Source: a virus (lineage: Duplodnaviria; Caudoviricetes). Taken from it: a DNA stretch of 38,394 nt. Made by a program: the position numbers and the translations under genes. Under the pieces are notes generated by a model. The model did not search any database. It was not told where the DNA came from and saw only the letters and a program-made list of their open reading frames with translations. Location: positions 1 to 38,394 of IMG/VR virus record IMGVR_UViG_3300044976_000003, one strand, 5' to 3'. Shown piece by piece: positions 8,139 to 17,351 of the stretch (position 1 is its first letter; every line of letters begins with the position of its first letter).

Positions 8139-8698
8139 ACCACATCATCCAAAGCTGCTCGAACTGCCGCATCCTTCGACTCAAGAAGTTTACGGAGGGC
8201 TACCGTCTTCTCAGGTCCACGAGGGAGGAGCGTCTCCATTTCGTGAGCCATAGCTGAGAACTTACCGCTAATGGTTCGCAAAGGAGTCGGCAAGTGTCCG
8301 AAAGCGAAATAACGTAGGATCGGGCTTTCTTCTGGGTCAGTCATTATATTCTCCTTCTTAGTTCCTCTTGGCGTATCGTAGAGAAGTTCCTCTTGTTTAG
8401 CGACAACTTTGATCGGATTGTTGAATTCGTCATATAGCCCATAATTTCTACATTCATGATGGTGGGATATATTCGATGTTGCACCACACACGTAGCACGG
8501 ATATTTACTATTCCAATGCTGTTCAGGCAGATCGTCTCTTATAACTGTGATATTGGCCTGGACCTTAGGTAACACAGGAAATGGGCCGCCAACATCTGGA
8601 TACAGACCATAATTAGGACAAGTCGAGATATGGCTCAGATTGCTATCCGCTCCGCAACGAACACAATGAAGACCGTCTAGAGACCAGTGTTCACTCAC
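8135..8698 (-). CDS. Tandem Zn-ribbon protein fused to a helical-hairpin (Acb2/Tad1-like?) domain
   Basis: Two CxxCGAxSNxSHxxxCxNYGLY repeats; C-terminus YFAFGHLP..LPRGPEKTVALRKLLESKDAAVRA; likely GTG start at 8698. Confidence 0.7.
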   Translation of the reverse strand: MSEHWSLDGLHCVRCGADSNLSHISTCPNYGLYPDVGGPFPVLPKVQANITVIRDDLPEQHWNSKYPCYVCGATSNISHHHECRNYGLYDEFNNPIKVVAKQEELLYDTPRGTKKENIMTDPEESPILRYFAFGHLPTPLRTISGKFSAMAHEMETLLPRGPEKTVALRKLLESKDAAVRAALDDVV

Positions 8699-8846
8699 GT
8701 TCACCCCTCTCCCTAAATAGAATTCCAGCATTCTGCATCTCGAAAATAGCCGCTGCTGCTCGAATATCGCTCAGACCAGATTTAACCAAAGCAGCGTGCA
8801 CTTTGAATATGGTGTTGTCACTGTAGTATGTTATGTCCTCAATCAT
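8691..8846 (-). CDS. Conserved hypothetical protein
   Basis: MIEDITYYSDNTIFKVHAAL..EMQNAGILFRER; GGAG RBS. Confidence 0.65.
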   Translation of the reverse strand: MIEDITYYSDNTIFKVHAALVKSGLSDIRAAAAIFEMQNAGILFRERGERE

Positions 8847-9021
8847 GCTTCTCTCCGCTATCCTCAGCCAACCAATTTTCAATTTCGGTAGCGAAAGGGT
8901 CGATTACAATATGAGCCTTACCGGCAAAGTGTGGAATATTTTCAGGATCGATAGCGTCCATCGCCTTTGCAACATCCTCAGGCACTTTAATATCGAGTGT
9001 GAGGATAAGAAGACACTTCAC
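8839..9021 (-). CDS. Hypothetical protein
   Basis: 60 aa, coupled to both neighbours by overlaps. Confidence 0.6.
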   Translation of the reverse strand: MKCLLILTLDIKVPEDVAKAMDAIDPENIPHFAGKAHIVIDPFATEIENWLAEDSGEKHD

Positions 9022-9503
9022 TGAATTCTGCCACTTCTAGACGGAACTTGCTCAAGGTCGGCGTACTTACGATCCAATGCGTCTTCCTCAATCGTCACAA
9101 AGATAGAACGCAGATACGCCTTGATTCCCGTATTACCATCCATCTCCCAATGACTCGGGCTGATTGTCAGATCTACGTTCCGGATATCAACCCAGTCGAG
9201 CATTTCAACGGTATCCTCATCCAAGTTTGTTCGGCCTTGGCCAGTCACAAGAAGAATCCGAGGAGGACGGATCTTGTAACTCACAGTAACGGGCAAATGC
9301 GCTTGTGCTGGGTCTCCCTCATCGCGAGGCTTGAGCCACTTCACGTTCCAACCGTCACGGCTGAGTCGTTCGGCCGTATCGTCGTCAAGAAGAACGTTGA
9401 ATGTTCGAGCCCCTGCTCTGTTTTTCGGAGACTCCTTTCCCGCAAAGTTTCGGAAGATGATCCGGACATCTTCAAGAATTACGTTTCTGTCATTATAGGC
9501 CAT
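9018..9503 (-). CDS. Probable ssDNA-binding protein
   Basis: RIIFRNFAG..RTFNVLL..GWNVK..KAYLRSIFVTIEED pattern with an acidic segment near the C-terminus; near the replication genes. Confidence 0.6.
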   Translation of the reverse strand: MAYNDRNVILEDVRIIFRNFAGKESPKNRAGARTFNVLLDDDTAERLSRDGWNVKWLKPRDEGDPAQAHLPVTVSYKIRPPRILLVTGQGRTNLDEDTVEMLDWVDIRNVDLTISPSHWEMDGNTGIKAYLRSIFVTIEEDALDRKYADLEQVPSRSGRIQ

Positions 9504-9711
9504 TTGATCCCTCAATTCCCAAACCTTGCGTTTGCTCGACTGTCTCTCCTCGCCAATCTCCTCGCATGACTACCGCCGTGTTCCACACCTCGAGGCAGGC
9601 AAGGAGATACCAGGCAAGAACAAAATCCGGGGTACCAGACTTATTCTCTTGCGAATACTTATTAAGAAGAGAAATAAGTTCCTCCTCCAGTGGCTGTCTT
9701 GTACGGGGCAT
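9493..9711 (-). CDS. Small protein with an LLNKYSQEN.SGTPDFVLA motif (possible Acb4-like sponge)
   Basis: 72 aa; the family resemblance is from recall only. Confidence 0.65.
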   Translation of the reverse strand: MPRTRQPLEEELISLLNKYSQENKSGTPDFVLAWYLLACLEVWNTAVVMRGDWRGETVEQTQGLGIEGSNGL

Positions 9712-9882
9712 TTACTTCTCCCTCAGATATTTAATAAGTCCATCGGCCACCCATAAAGCCTGGTCACTAAGAAATACTCCTGCATTCTCAGGATGTTCCC
9801 AACACATAGAACCCGTCCCAATAGCCTCTCGAATTGCCTGTTCTGGACTCGCGTCGTAAGAAGGCTTCCATTCGTTGGACAT
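9712..9882 (-). CDS. Hypothetical protein
   Basis: Start MSNEW after the GGAGG RBS; GTGSMCWE..AGVF motif. Confidence 0.7.
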   Translation of the reverse strand: MSNEWKPSYDASPEQAIREAIGTGSMCWEHPENAGVFLSDQALWVADGLIKYLREK

Positions 9883-9900
9883 TATTTCCCCTCCATATAT

Positions 9901-9937
9901 GAAAACCATAAGCCCCTGGTTGGGGCTTAGAGGGTTT
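9901..9937 (-). terminator. Hairpin family A variant
   Basis: gaaaaccataagcccctggttggggcttagagggttt. Confidence 0.6.
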
Positions 9938-9945
9938 ATGAGTTC

Positions 9946-10077
9946 CTAGCGATTCTTAGCGATGTGAACTAAGCCTTTCAACCACAAGTGTTGCGTGCCA
10001 TAGTATCCGACCATCCCCATTAGAAGAGACGATACAAAAACTATTGGCTTCAACGCTGTGAGTTCATCTTCAGTCAT
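9946..10077 (-). CDS. 43-aa membrane peptide (not in the ORF track)
   Basis: MTEDELTALKPIVFVSSLLMGMVGYYGTQHLWLKGLVHIAKNR; GAAAGGA RBS; between the promoter at 10100 and the hairpin at 9901. Confidence 0.7.
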   Translation of the reverse strand: MTEDELTALKPIVFVSSLLMGMVGYYGTQHLWLKGLVHIAKNR

Positions 10078-10213
10078 TTCGTTCCTTTCGTAGGGTCCTC
10101 ATTATAGGAGATGTATCAGTCGCGAACATAGGATCTGAAGTTCCATGCCATGGGCATGGCTCCGGATATGAGATCTTCCCTGCATCGCAACATTCCACCT
10201 TTTGCGCCTCCAT
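10070..10213 (-). CDS. Possible small Cys/His protein
   Basis: MEAQKVECCDAGKISYPEPCPWHG; weak RBS, and the 3' half overlaps a promoter. Confidence 0.35.
   Translation of the reverse strand: MEAQKVECCDAGKISYPEPCPWHGTSDPMFATDTSPIMRTLRKERND
10100..10125 (-). promoter_or_regulatory. Phage promoter motif TCGC-N15-TATAATG
   Basis: cattata ggagatgtatcagtc gcga. Confidence 0.75.
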
Positions 10214-10220
10214 CTGTTTT

Positions 10221-13200
10221 CTAAGTAACCAGATCCATGAACGACCCGAATTCCTCAATTGTCTTTACCGCCTTTTTCGCCATTTTCTCGAAATATGTCA
10301 TGTCGATCTCAGCGTTCGGATCTTCTTCGAACATATGGGCTTCCATCCAGTAATAGCCCTTAGTTCCTGTGACAGCATAACGCTTGTCCTCGTAAATACG
10401 ATAAAGAACGCCTCCTCCTGAGTCAGGAGTTACCGGTACGAATAACCCGGTCCTTCCTACAAAGCGTAGTCCTTCGACAAGAGACATAGCACGATCATGC
10501 TCGAAGTCCAGATAGATAGCACCCTTTGTGACCGACTTCGCCTCACATAGGTCTTCAAAAGCCACATCTTCGTGAGTGAACAGAGTTTTGAATACGTACG
10601 GGTGTTGGAATTGTGCACCTACAGCCTCCCACTGGCCGTCCTTACGAGCTATGTACACAGCGTCATTTACAAGACAGAACTTCTCATAAACGCCCTCGAA
10701 TTCGAATTCATAACCATATTTATGGCCGAACTCCGTCACAAAATCGATTATTTCAGAATCACCCCCCGGGATTTTTATCGAATCCGTTTTAATATGCACA
10801 ACCTGAGCACCATAGTCCTGTACCGCGTGCTTCAAGTCGATCATGAAGAGGGCCCCTCGCTTCGCCACGATGTTATCCTTATTTCGCGGGTCTCTAAAAG
10901 GATTGTCGAATCGCGCTGAGGTGAGTCCATATACAATATTGATAACGATCTTGAGGGCGTAAGAAAGATCCTTAGAGTCGCTATCAGATCCAAGAAACTT
11001 TCCGAGTTTACCACCAAGAACCTTCCTTGCGGTTTCGTAGTCCTGATTCTTAATTGCCAACCGCGCTTCGAGGAGTTCTTTAAACTTAGGTGTATATCGT
11101 CCGAAAAGATCGAGCTCCACAATGGACGTCGGATGCATACTCGCCACGTCCAGAACCGCGACGTCAGAATAAATCCCAGGTTCGGCGTAAACGTAGCCGC
11201 CTTCTCCTGTAACCTCATTGCGATAGGTACTTTTACCCATGTCATAGATATACCCCTCGAATTCCTTGCTCAAATCGGTATATTTGAAGCTAGCTTGAGG
11301 ATGCCGGTCCGCTCCGAATAGGATCTTTGCTGTATGCTTCTGGGTTGTGTCATTTACCGAGAGCCCGCTGAGTTCAGCCAAGATCTGCCTTGCTACGAAG
11401 TCTTGCTTTCTGGCTTCGAAGACCGTCTCAGTTGCTAGGACATCGTTAACGCAGTAATCAACGACCTTGCCCCAAAGTTTCTCGTCAACCGGCTCATCCC
11501 AAGGCAGATCCATTTCCTGATGCGGCACACCAAGTTCGATTTGGAACTTCTTGAGACCTTGTTTCTTAGAGCTGAAGTCATAGATATCCGCATACGATAG
11601 ATGATATGCCTCGCCGAATAGAGCATTCGGGTTGTTATCGATGATCTTCTTACTAAGAGTATGTAATTGCTCGTTGCTGAATCCCATAAACCGAGCGTAC
11701 AAGATGTGGTTGTCATACCGACGATTGTTGAACCCGACCAATCGCAAGGAAAAGAGTTCCTCGATCTCTTCCGAGGATGGGTTGACCATGCGCACGACGA
11801 TCGGGTCACCCTGGTATTTCCAGCAGACAATGAAGAGGTTCGGATACACCTCGACGTCGAAGAAGACAACACGCTCATCTTTCTCCTCTTCCCATGGCGG
11901 ATTTGTTTCTTTAGACTTGAACTGCATCGACTGGACAATCTTGATGCATTCCATAGCCCTATTCGTGCTGTTATTGGCAAATACTATGATTTTGGATCTT
12001 AGGTCACTGACATCATAAACGAGATCAGAGGAGTATGCGTCATCGAGGATTTTGTGAATGAAATCCACTGAGGGCTTAGTTCCAGGATGAATTTCCTTCC
12101 TAAGATTACGACCAATAAGATCTCGTAACGACTTTTCCGATTTAATAGTGTGATCATTTAGCACCTTCTTCTCCTTAAGTGGGAGACCGGAGTCTATGCT
12201 ATCAATAGGTATGTTATTGCACCTTGTGAGTTTACGACGAAGAGAACTACCTCCGAGGAATACTTTGACTTCAATTCCATTGCTATACCGTCCATCCAGG
12301 CTGTGTACGTCTCCTCCGTACAGATAATGTAGATGCACCCCGGCTCCAGAGCGGCTAAATTCGGCATAAGTGGGAGGCCAGACCGAAGCTGCTTCAAGGT
12401 TTCTTTCAAGCGACTTTTGTCCATCTTCATCCTTAAGATCGAAATCAATCACAATATGGTTCTCTGGTACCTTGACGTAATGCGTTAATGCGGTATCTAA
12501 ATCGGACAGAGTTGTTGTTACATCATCCCACTTCTTATAAGGAGTTCCTTGTGGAGTAGCGTATTGAGCAGGAGCTAGCGCATACTCAGAATCGAATATA
12601 GATTCTTCCTCGTCCATAACCAGCGAGAAGGTCTTGTCTTTTTTCGACTCGGATTTGAATTTGTTAGCTGTGAATCCTACATACACACTTCTCACATCCT
12701 TGCCATCAACGTGCATCCTTGTCTTGAATTCTTCGAAGTAATTTCGTAGTTCATCTCGGAATTTCACACGACTGATAGGATATTTGGTACCTGATTCTTC
12801 GCAATACTCCTTGTACAAGGCGTAAGCTTGCTTCAGAGATGTGTAATTCTGGGACTTGAAGATATCGTAATGCGCTTCGATGAAGTTGAAGAAGTCATCA
12901 GTCATAAGGATCATTTCCAATGGGCGGTAATGGTTGTAATAGTTCTTACCCATCGACCGATATACTTCAAGGCAATGGCACGCAATAGCTCCTAGCTGAA
13001 AATCAATTTGGTTGATTAGCGTGTTGTAATGATTGACCGGGATCATAACCCCGGTTGGCACCACATCGATAAGCCTTCGGATCAGGCCCGACTTCGCATC
13101 AGTGATCTTGACTGGCTGGTTTGTGCCCATGAATAAGAAGGCGTTCATACGAACTCGGTAAGGAGCCTTGAACTTCTCATTCATAGTCATCATCTCATGC

Positions 13201-13943
13201 GATACGATGCTATTCAGTTTTGTGTTGTCCTCGATCTTCGACAAGTCCCCATCATGCTGGATTGCAACAAGGGGATCAGATTTGAAAATCTCCATCGAGA
13301 AGGTGTTGTTGTTTCCGCTCAAGGATTTTGCCTCGAAAGGAACAGTGTAGCCTTGGAAGAGATTCTCCACCACGTTTAGAATAGTTGATTTCCCCGTCCC
13401 GGCAGCTCCGTAAAGGACAAGGAACTTCTGGATTTTTATCGAGTCTTGCGCAATAATCGAGCCGATAGACCACTCGATCTTCGCCCTCTCTTCCACCGAG
13501 TATAGGGTCCCTACTAGTTCGTCCCATGCACTGTAATCTCCTGGCTCTAGAGAATATGGCAGACGTCTGCTGACATAGTCCGAACGCTTTACTTCCGTAT
13601 TCGCAAAGGTCAATTTCAGATCAAGCTGGTGATTGCTGTCACTCAGATTGCTAAGGAATATACGAAAGTTGATCCATTGCCTGGAATTGTAAGAGCTTAG
13701 CGTCTTGACAATGCAAGTTTTTCCTTTATCCTTAAGTTGTTTCGCATGAGCATAAAGATCAGCGTCAACAAGTCGAGGGACGTCGTACTCGTCTGTAGAC
13801 CATAAACCTCGCGCCTCATCCCAGATAGCGTAGAATTGCCTCCCTCGGACCATAAGATCTTTTGAGCGACCAATAATCCAGTTAGGATATATCTCTATTG
13901 ACCCGTCTTTCAGCTCCTTCTCGATGACTTCGTAAAAATCCAT
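10221..13943 (-). CDS. Fused SF3 (D5-like) helicase / AEP prim-pol / 3'-5' exonuclease / family-B DNA polymerase
   Basis: Helicase GAAGTGKST; AEP-like VIDFD and SRSGAGVHLHY; exonuclease FFDVEV, GFNNRRYD, YCVND; PolB DVASMHP, KIVINIVYG, KTDS. Confidence 0.85.
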   Translation of the reverse strand: MDFYEVIEKELKDGSIEIYPNWIIGRSKDLMVRGRQFYAIWDEARGLWSTDEYDVPRLVDADLYAHAKQLKDKGKTCIVKTLSSYNSRQWINFRIFLSNLSDSNHQLDLKLTFANTEVKRSDYVSRRLPYSLEPGDYSAWDELVGTLYSVEERAKIEWSIGSIIAQDSIKIQKFLVLYGAAGTGKSTILNVVENLFQGYTVPFEAKSLSGNNNTFSMEIFKSDPLVAIQHDGDLSKIEDNTKLNSIVSHEMMTMNEKFKAPYRVRMNAFLFMGTNQPVKITDAKSGLIRRLIDVVPTGVMIPVNHYNTLINQIDFQLGAIACHCLEVYRSMGKNYYNHYRPLEMILMTDDFFNFIEAHYDIFKSQNYTSLKQAYALYKEYCEESGTKYPISRVKFRDELRNYFEEFKTRMHVDGKDVRSVYVGFTANKFKSESKKDKTFSLVMDEEESIFDSEYALAPAQYATPQGTPYKKWDDVTTTLSDLDTALTHYVKVPENHIVIDFDLKDEDGQKSLERNLEAASVWPPTYAEFSRSGAGVHLHYLYGGDVHSLDGRYSNGIEVKVFLGGSSLRRKLTRCNNIPIDSIDSGLPLKEKKVLNDHTIKSEKSLRDLIGRNLRKEIHPGTKPSVDFIHKILDDAYSSDLVYDVSDLRSKIIVFANNSTNRAMECIKIVQSMQFKSKETNPPWEEEKDERVVFFDVEVYPNLFIVCWKYQGDPIVVRMVNPSSEEIEELFSLRLVGFNNRRYDNHILYARFMGFSNEQLHTLSKKIIDNNPNALFGEAYHLSYADIYDFSSKKQGLKKFQIELGVPHQEMDLPWDEPVDEKLWGKVVDYCVNDVLATETVFEARKQDFVARQILAELSGLSVNDTTQKHTAKILFGADRHPQASFKYTDLSKEFEGYIYDMGKSTYRNEVTGEGGYVYAEPGIYSDVAVLDVASMHPTSIVELDLFGRYTPKFKELLEARLAIKNQDYETARKVLGGKLGKFLGSDSDSKDLSYALKIVINIVYGLTSARFDNPFRDPRNKDNIVAKRGALFMIDLKHAVQDYGAQVVHIKTDSIKIPGGDSEIIDFVTEFGHKYGYEFEFEGVYEKFCLVNDAVYIARKDGQWEAVGAQFQHPYVFKTLFTHEDVAFEDLCEAKSVTKGAIYLDFEHDRAMSLVEGLRFVGRTGLFVPVTPDSGGGVLYRIYEDKRYAVTGTKGYYWMEAHMFEEDPNAEIDMTYFEKMAKKAVKTIEEFGSFMDLVT

Positions 13944-13951
13944 GCTCCTCC

Positions 13952-14494
13952 TTACAACTCGTTAACGAGATAAGCGTTCATCTGATACCACAGCTCAACT
14001 TTACGCTGGTCCCGCGTTGAGTTAGGCAAGGGGAACAAGCCTCCTATGCCATTCTCCGAATATGTTCTCCAAATAATACGAGAGAGAACCTCGTCAATTC
14101 CTTTTTCTAATACTCTGTTGTAATACTGGTCTGAGGTAGACGCCATACCTATTCCAGCATTCTCTAGAATCTCCCAGAACCACTCGCGAGGCTCACCTTC
14201 GCCCATAAAAGCAAGCCTTCGCGACATAGCTACTAGCATTTCGAGCATCGAGCAACCAAGACTCATCCACTCCGGGTCTGGGTTGTCGTATTGAATATCT
14301 TCTAGAAACTCATGCCGAAGATACTTTCCGTCCTCAGCTCGGTTATCATCGTTAGGAATAAACCAGAGAAATTCCGTTGTGTAGAGTTGCTTTGCCAAAT
14401 GCCAGTGCGTTCGCATGGGGTTTCTAGATTTGATAGCTCCTATCTGGGCGTATAGGAACTTGAAATATAGCTCATCCAGAGGTTCGTTTTTCAT
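13952..14494 (-). CDS. Conserved phage hypothetical protein
   Basis: 180 aa, operon-coupled; NDDNRAEDG..CSMLEML..GGLFPL..ELWYQM. Confidence 0.8.
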   Translation of the reverse strand: MKNEPLDELYFKFLYAQIGAIKSRNPMRTHWHLAKQLYTTEFLWFIPNDDNRAEDGKYLRHEFLEDIQYDNPDPEWMSLGCSMLEMLVAMSRRLAFMGEGEPREWFWEILENAGIGMASTSDQYYNRVLEKGIDEVLSRIIWRTYSENGIGGLFPLPNSTRDQRKVELWYQMNAYLVNEL

Positions 14495-15195
14495 TCCTCT
14501 AGATCAGGACGGAACTTCAGGACCTCCCGCCGATTAGAATGTCGGCGCCTCCTCTTTCGCGAATGCTCAATATAACCGAGCACTTCTTCGACATAGCTGC
14601 CGCCCATTCGTCTGATCTCGTAGTCAGCTTCCAACTCGTGATTTCGAATATATACAATCTCCAAGTCTTTAGAACCATCTCCGAAACGTTGCAGATTGGT
14701 TATCCCAACAACAAGATCGATCTCTTGCACTACCTCTTCGTTTTCGTTTAGAAGAACATCTTCCTCCTCGTAATATGTGTATGTGATCTTGTCGTATTCT
14801 GGGAACTCGTTCTCAAATTCCAATGTGCTGATAACAAATGGAATCTCTTCGTTACGTGATGCGAGTTCTTCCTCTTCGTTCCAATTCAACTCATCTGGCG
14901 TCTCGTCAATCGGCCCTAGTGTCTCAGGCATGATTATACCATTCTCGTCGTAATGCTCAAGGAGATTCTCGTTCATCTCCTTCTCGACCTTGATCTTGGT
15001 TGCTACCCACCGATTGTAATGATTCGCTTTCTCAATCTCTTCTGCGAGATTAGCGTTGTAATGCTTCTCATACTTCTTTGCCACCTGCTTCTTCGTAACA
15101 ATATACGAGAGCATACCTCCAGCAATAAATGAACTAGCAGAGGCAGCAATGACAAACGCGACATCATTATCAATAAGAGCTCTAAATCTTGTCAT
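14491..15195 (-). CDS. Acidic protein with an N-terminal transmembrane helix
   Basis: Hydrophobic N-terminal segment, Glu-rich body and an Arg-rich patch near the C-terminus. Confidence 0.8.
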   Translation of the reverse strand: MTRFRALIDNDVAFVIAASASSFIAGGMLSYIVTKKQVAKKYEKHYNANLAEEIEKANHYNRWVATKIKVEKEMNENLLEHYDENGIIMPETLGPIDETPDELNWNEEEELASRNEEIPFVISTLEFENEFPEYDKITYTYYEEEDVLLNENEEVVQEIDLVVGITNLQRFGDGSKDLEIVYIRNHELEADYEIRRMGGSYVEEVLGYIEHSRKRRRRHSNRREVLKFRPDLEE

Positions 15196-16084
15196 AAATC
15201 ACTCCATCCACATTGAAGTCAAGCCAAATACCGCCCTCATGGCCTGTCATGAAATCTCGAATACGATTGCTATTGCCTAGAAATACTCCGAAATCGACGT
15301 AATTATCACCCGAAGCATCCATCACCCAACCGACAACCGCCCCAGCTCGAGACCTAGCCATCCCGAGCATGTCATAGACCTCGTTCAGGAAAATATGTCC
15401 ACGAGTATGAAGCAAATCATTAGCGTGATTCTGTTGGGCCTTCAAGAATATGGAGTTGTATTGCGAATCCGATGACCACGAGGTGTGGCTACGATCGAAG
15501 AACCGAGCATAGATCGAATATGGCCCTGGATTTGCTCTGAGTTCTGTCGCCTCTTCCGAACCAAGTGCAGTAATCTTAGAGAACGTATGCTCTTTGGAGC
15601 CATAGCGCATCTGCGAATCAGCTTCTTCGCCATACGCGTCAATGACATTCCGTCGATACGCCTTGAACCCTTGGTCGAGAGCAGAATATGCCGCGGTCAG
15701 GGCAAGATTACGCTTAACAAGGATACGATGCGAGCCTGTCAACGCCGCGATTGTCAGAATACCAATACCAACGGCGGGAGCATAAAGCTTCGTCAGGCTG
15801 ACTGCCGTCCTTGTGTAAACGATCAGAACGTCTTTCTTGTAGTCCTGCTCTGTGTATTGCTCGATCTCGAGCGACCTGACAGTTTTTGCCTTGTTGAGAT
15901 CGGCCTGGGCCTCATCCAGCACAGCCTCAACCTTCAGAGTTGCATGGCTAGCGACAACTGCGGTCGCGACAACACCAACAACCCCGGCAGCAAACAGGAT
16001 AGTAGGAGAATGCTTAGACGCATGAAGGAGCGCCCGTCCTGTTCTGGCCGTAACGGCGTTTGGAATATACTTGACTAGTGACAT
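15182..16084 (-). CDS. Membrane protein (DUF6353-like), paralog of 18796-19551
   Basis: SPTIL.AAGVVG, LYAPAV, L.AAYSAL..F..Y, FLNEVYDMLG..GW. Confidence 0.75.
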   Translation of the reverse strand: MSLVKYIPNAVTARTGRALLHASKHSPTILFAAGVVGVVATAVVASHATLKVEAVLDEAQADLNKAKTVRSLEIEQYTEQDYKKDVLIVYTRTAVSLTKLYAPAVGIGILTIAALTGSHRILVKRNLALTAAYSALDQGFKAYRRNVIDAYGEEADSQMRYGSKEHTFSKITALGSEEATELRANPGPYSIYARFFDRSHTSWSSDSQYNSIFLKAQQNHANDLLHTRGHIFLNEVYDMLGMARSRAGAVVGWVMDASGDNYVDFGVFLGNSNRIRDFMTGHEGGIWLDFNVDGVIYDKI

Positions 16085-16112
16085 TTATGGTCCAATCGTA
16101 CGTAGTTTTAGA

Positions 16113-16143
16113 GAAAGAAAGAGCCCTTGTTAGGGGCTCTCTC
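16113..16143 (-). terminator. Hairpin with a TAACA loop and pyrimidine tail
   Basis: AGAGCCCCTAACAAGGGCTCTTTCTTTC on the minus strand. Confidence 0.65.
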
Positions 16144-16154
16144 AAGTAGTAGGG

Positions 16155-16301
16155 TCAGTCTTCATCCATGTAGTTCACGAGCCATGGGGCAACATACTTT
16201 CTACCGATCTTCATCCCGAGAACGATCGCTCCAATATAGAACGCTCCTCCCACGATTGAGCCAGCAGTAAAGAAGTATTCGTCACGTCTTGTGATTTTCA
16301 T
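16155..16301 (-). CDS. 48-aa membrane peptide (cassette gene)
   Basis: Start re-set to MKITRR after the promoter and AAAGGA RBS; one transmembrane segment. Confidence 0.7.
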   Translation of the reverse strand: MKITRRDEYFFTAGSIVGGAFYIGAIVLGMKIGRKYVAPWLVNYMDED

Positions 16302-16318
16302 GAAATTTCCTTTCTCCT

Positions 16319-16344
16319 CATTATAGGCCGTGTAGAATATGCGA
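16319..16344 (-). promoter_or_regulatory. Phage promoter motif TCGC-N15-TATAATG
   Basis: cattata ggccgtgtagaatat gcga. Confidence 0.75.
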
Positions 16345-16345
16345 C

Positions 16346-16987
16346 TTAGTTCAATGGCTCTGGTCGTGGCAGATCTAGCAAATATCCATTTCGGACTCGT
16401 GTAACCCCTGCGCCTCGAATATCCGTCCAACCCCACTTCCCGTCCGTATAACTCTCAGTAATACCAACCAGCTCGTACAAGTCAGCAACCGTAGCCGATT
16501 CATATTTGCTTACGAGTTCGAAGAGACGATCGATCACACCCTCTGCATCACTCCGATTTGGCAGGATTATCTCGTCGAAATCGTGAGTCGCCCTAGCTTT
16601 GCGATTCGGGCCTCTGGATGGTTCGCGTCGATCATCCCAAGGTGGGGTCTGCCTTGAATATTGGTTGTACGAGACATAGCCTGACCCGCCATTGCGCCGA
16701 TGGTAAGGACGTCGCGAAGTTGAGCGGGTCTCGCCAAACAGCATCCTCTCGACACCCTGGGACATCATATCAGCGAGAGTATCCTTAGCCGCAGGGATGA
16801 ATACATCATACAGAATATAACTACCAACACTCCTGGAGTCTCCTCCGATGAAAATCTCTGAGAATTTCTTACTAAGTGGCTTCTTTCGTCTGATAACCTC
16901 GCCTTCAATAACTTTCTCGACCTTCTTAGCTGGTTCGGTCGCTGGCTCTTCTTTGGCATGATCACTGTTCGGTGGGTAATCTTCCAT
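16346..16987 (-). CDS. Conserved phage protein sharing the V.DLYELVG..GW domain with the DUF6353-like genes
   Basis: 213 aa; ATVADLYELVG..KWGWTD. Confidence 0.8.
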   Translation of the reverse strand: MEDYPPNSDHAKEEPATEPAKKVEKVIEGEVIRRKKPLSKKFSEIFIGGDSRSVGSYILYDVFIPAAKDTLADMMSQGVERMLFGETRSTSRRPYHRRNGGSGYVSYNQYSRQTPPWDDRREPSRGPNRKARATHDFDEIILPNRSDAEGVIDRLFELVSKYESATVADLYELVGITESYTDGKWGWTDIRGAGVTRVRNGYLLDLPRPEPLN

Positions 16988-17004
16988 ATTTTATCCTTCG
17001 AAAG

Positions 17005-17039
17005 AAAACCACAAGGATCTGTTAAGATCCCTGTGGGGC
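17005..17039 (-). terminator. Hairpin family D (CCACAGGGATC-TTAACA-GATCCTTGTGGTTTT)
   Basis: Near-identical copy at 18248. Confidence 0.65.
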
Positions 17040-17044
17040 TGAGG

Positions 17045-17302
17045 TTAATTTGAGTCGGTCGTATCTGGCTTGGCGTTCTTGTTCCAACTATTGACGAAGC
17101 TATCAATTGCAGAATCAGTGTAATTACCGGCCGCCTCGCTTGCCATCATTCCAGCAGCGATACTTCCACTAGTCACAAACAGGTTATCGATTTGTGATCG
17201 TGGAGCTACGTTACGGGAAACAATTTCACGAGTGATCCGGTAAACACCAATTCCAACAACGAACTTCGTTATAGTCTTGGCGAGTTTTACCTTGTCGTCC
17301 AT
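17045..17302 (-). CDS. Small protein with amphipathic/hydrophobic helices (cassette gene)
   Basis: Start re-set to MDDKVK after the GAAAGGA RBS. Confidence 0.7.
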   Translation of the reverse strand: MDDKVKLAKTITKFVVGIGVYRITREIVSRNVAPRSQIDNLFVTSGSIAAGMMASEAAGNYTDSAIDSFVNSWNKNAKPDTTDSN

Positions 17303-17325
17303 TTCGTTCCTTTCAAGTGGGTCCT

Positions 17326-17351
17326 CATTATATGAGATGTTTTTCTTGCGA
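17326..17351 (-). promoter_or_regulatory. Phage promoter motif TCGC-N15-TATAATG
   Basis: cattata tgagatgtttttctt gcga. Confidence 0.75.

Noticed and set aside
9491-9516. Additional promoter copy (cattataggccat)
   Set aside because: It lacks gcga at the fixed spacing and corresponds to the MAYND start of the SSB-like gene
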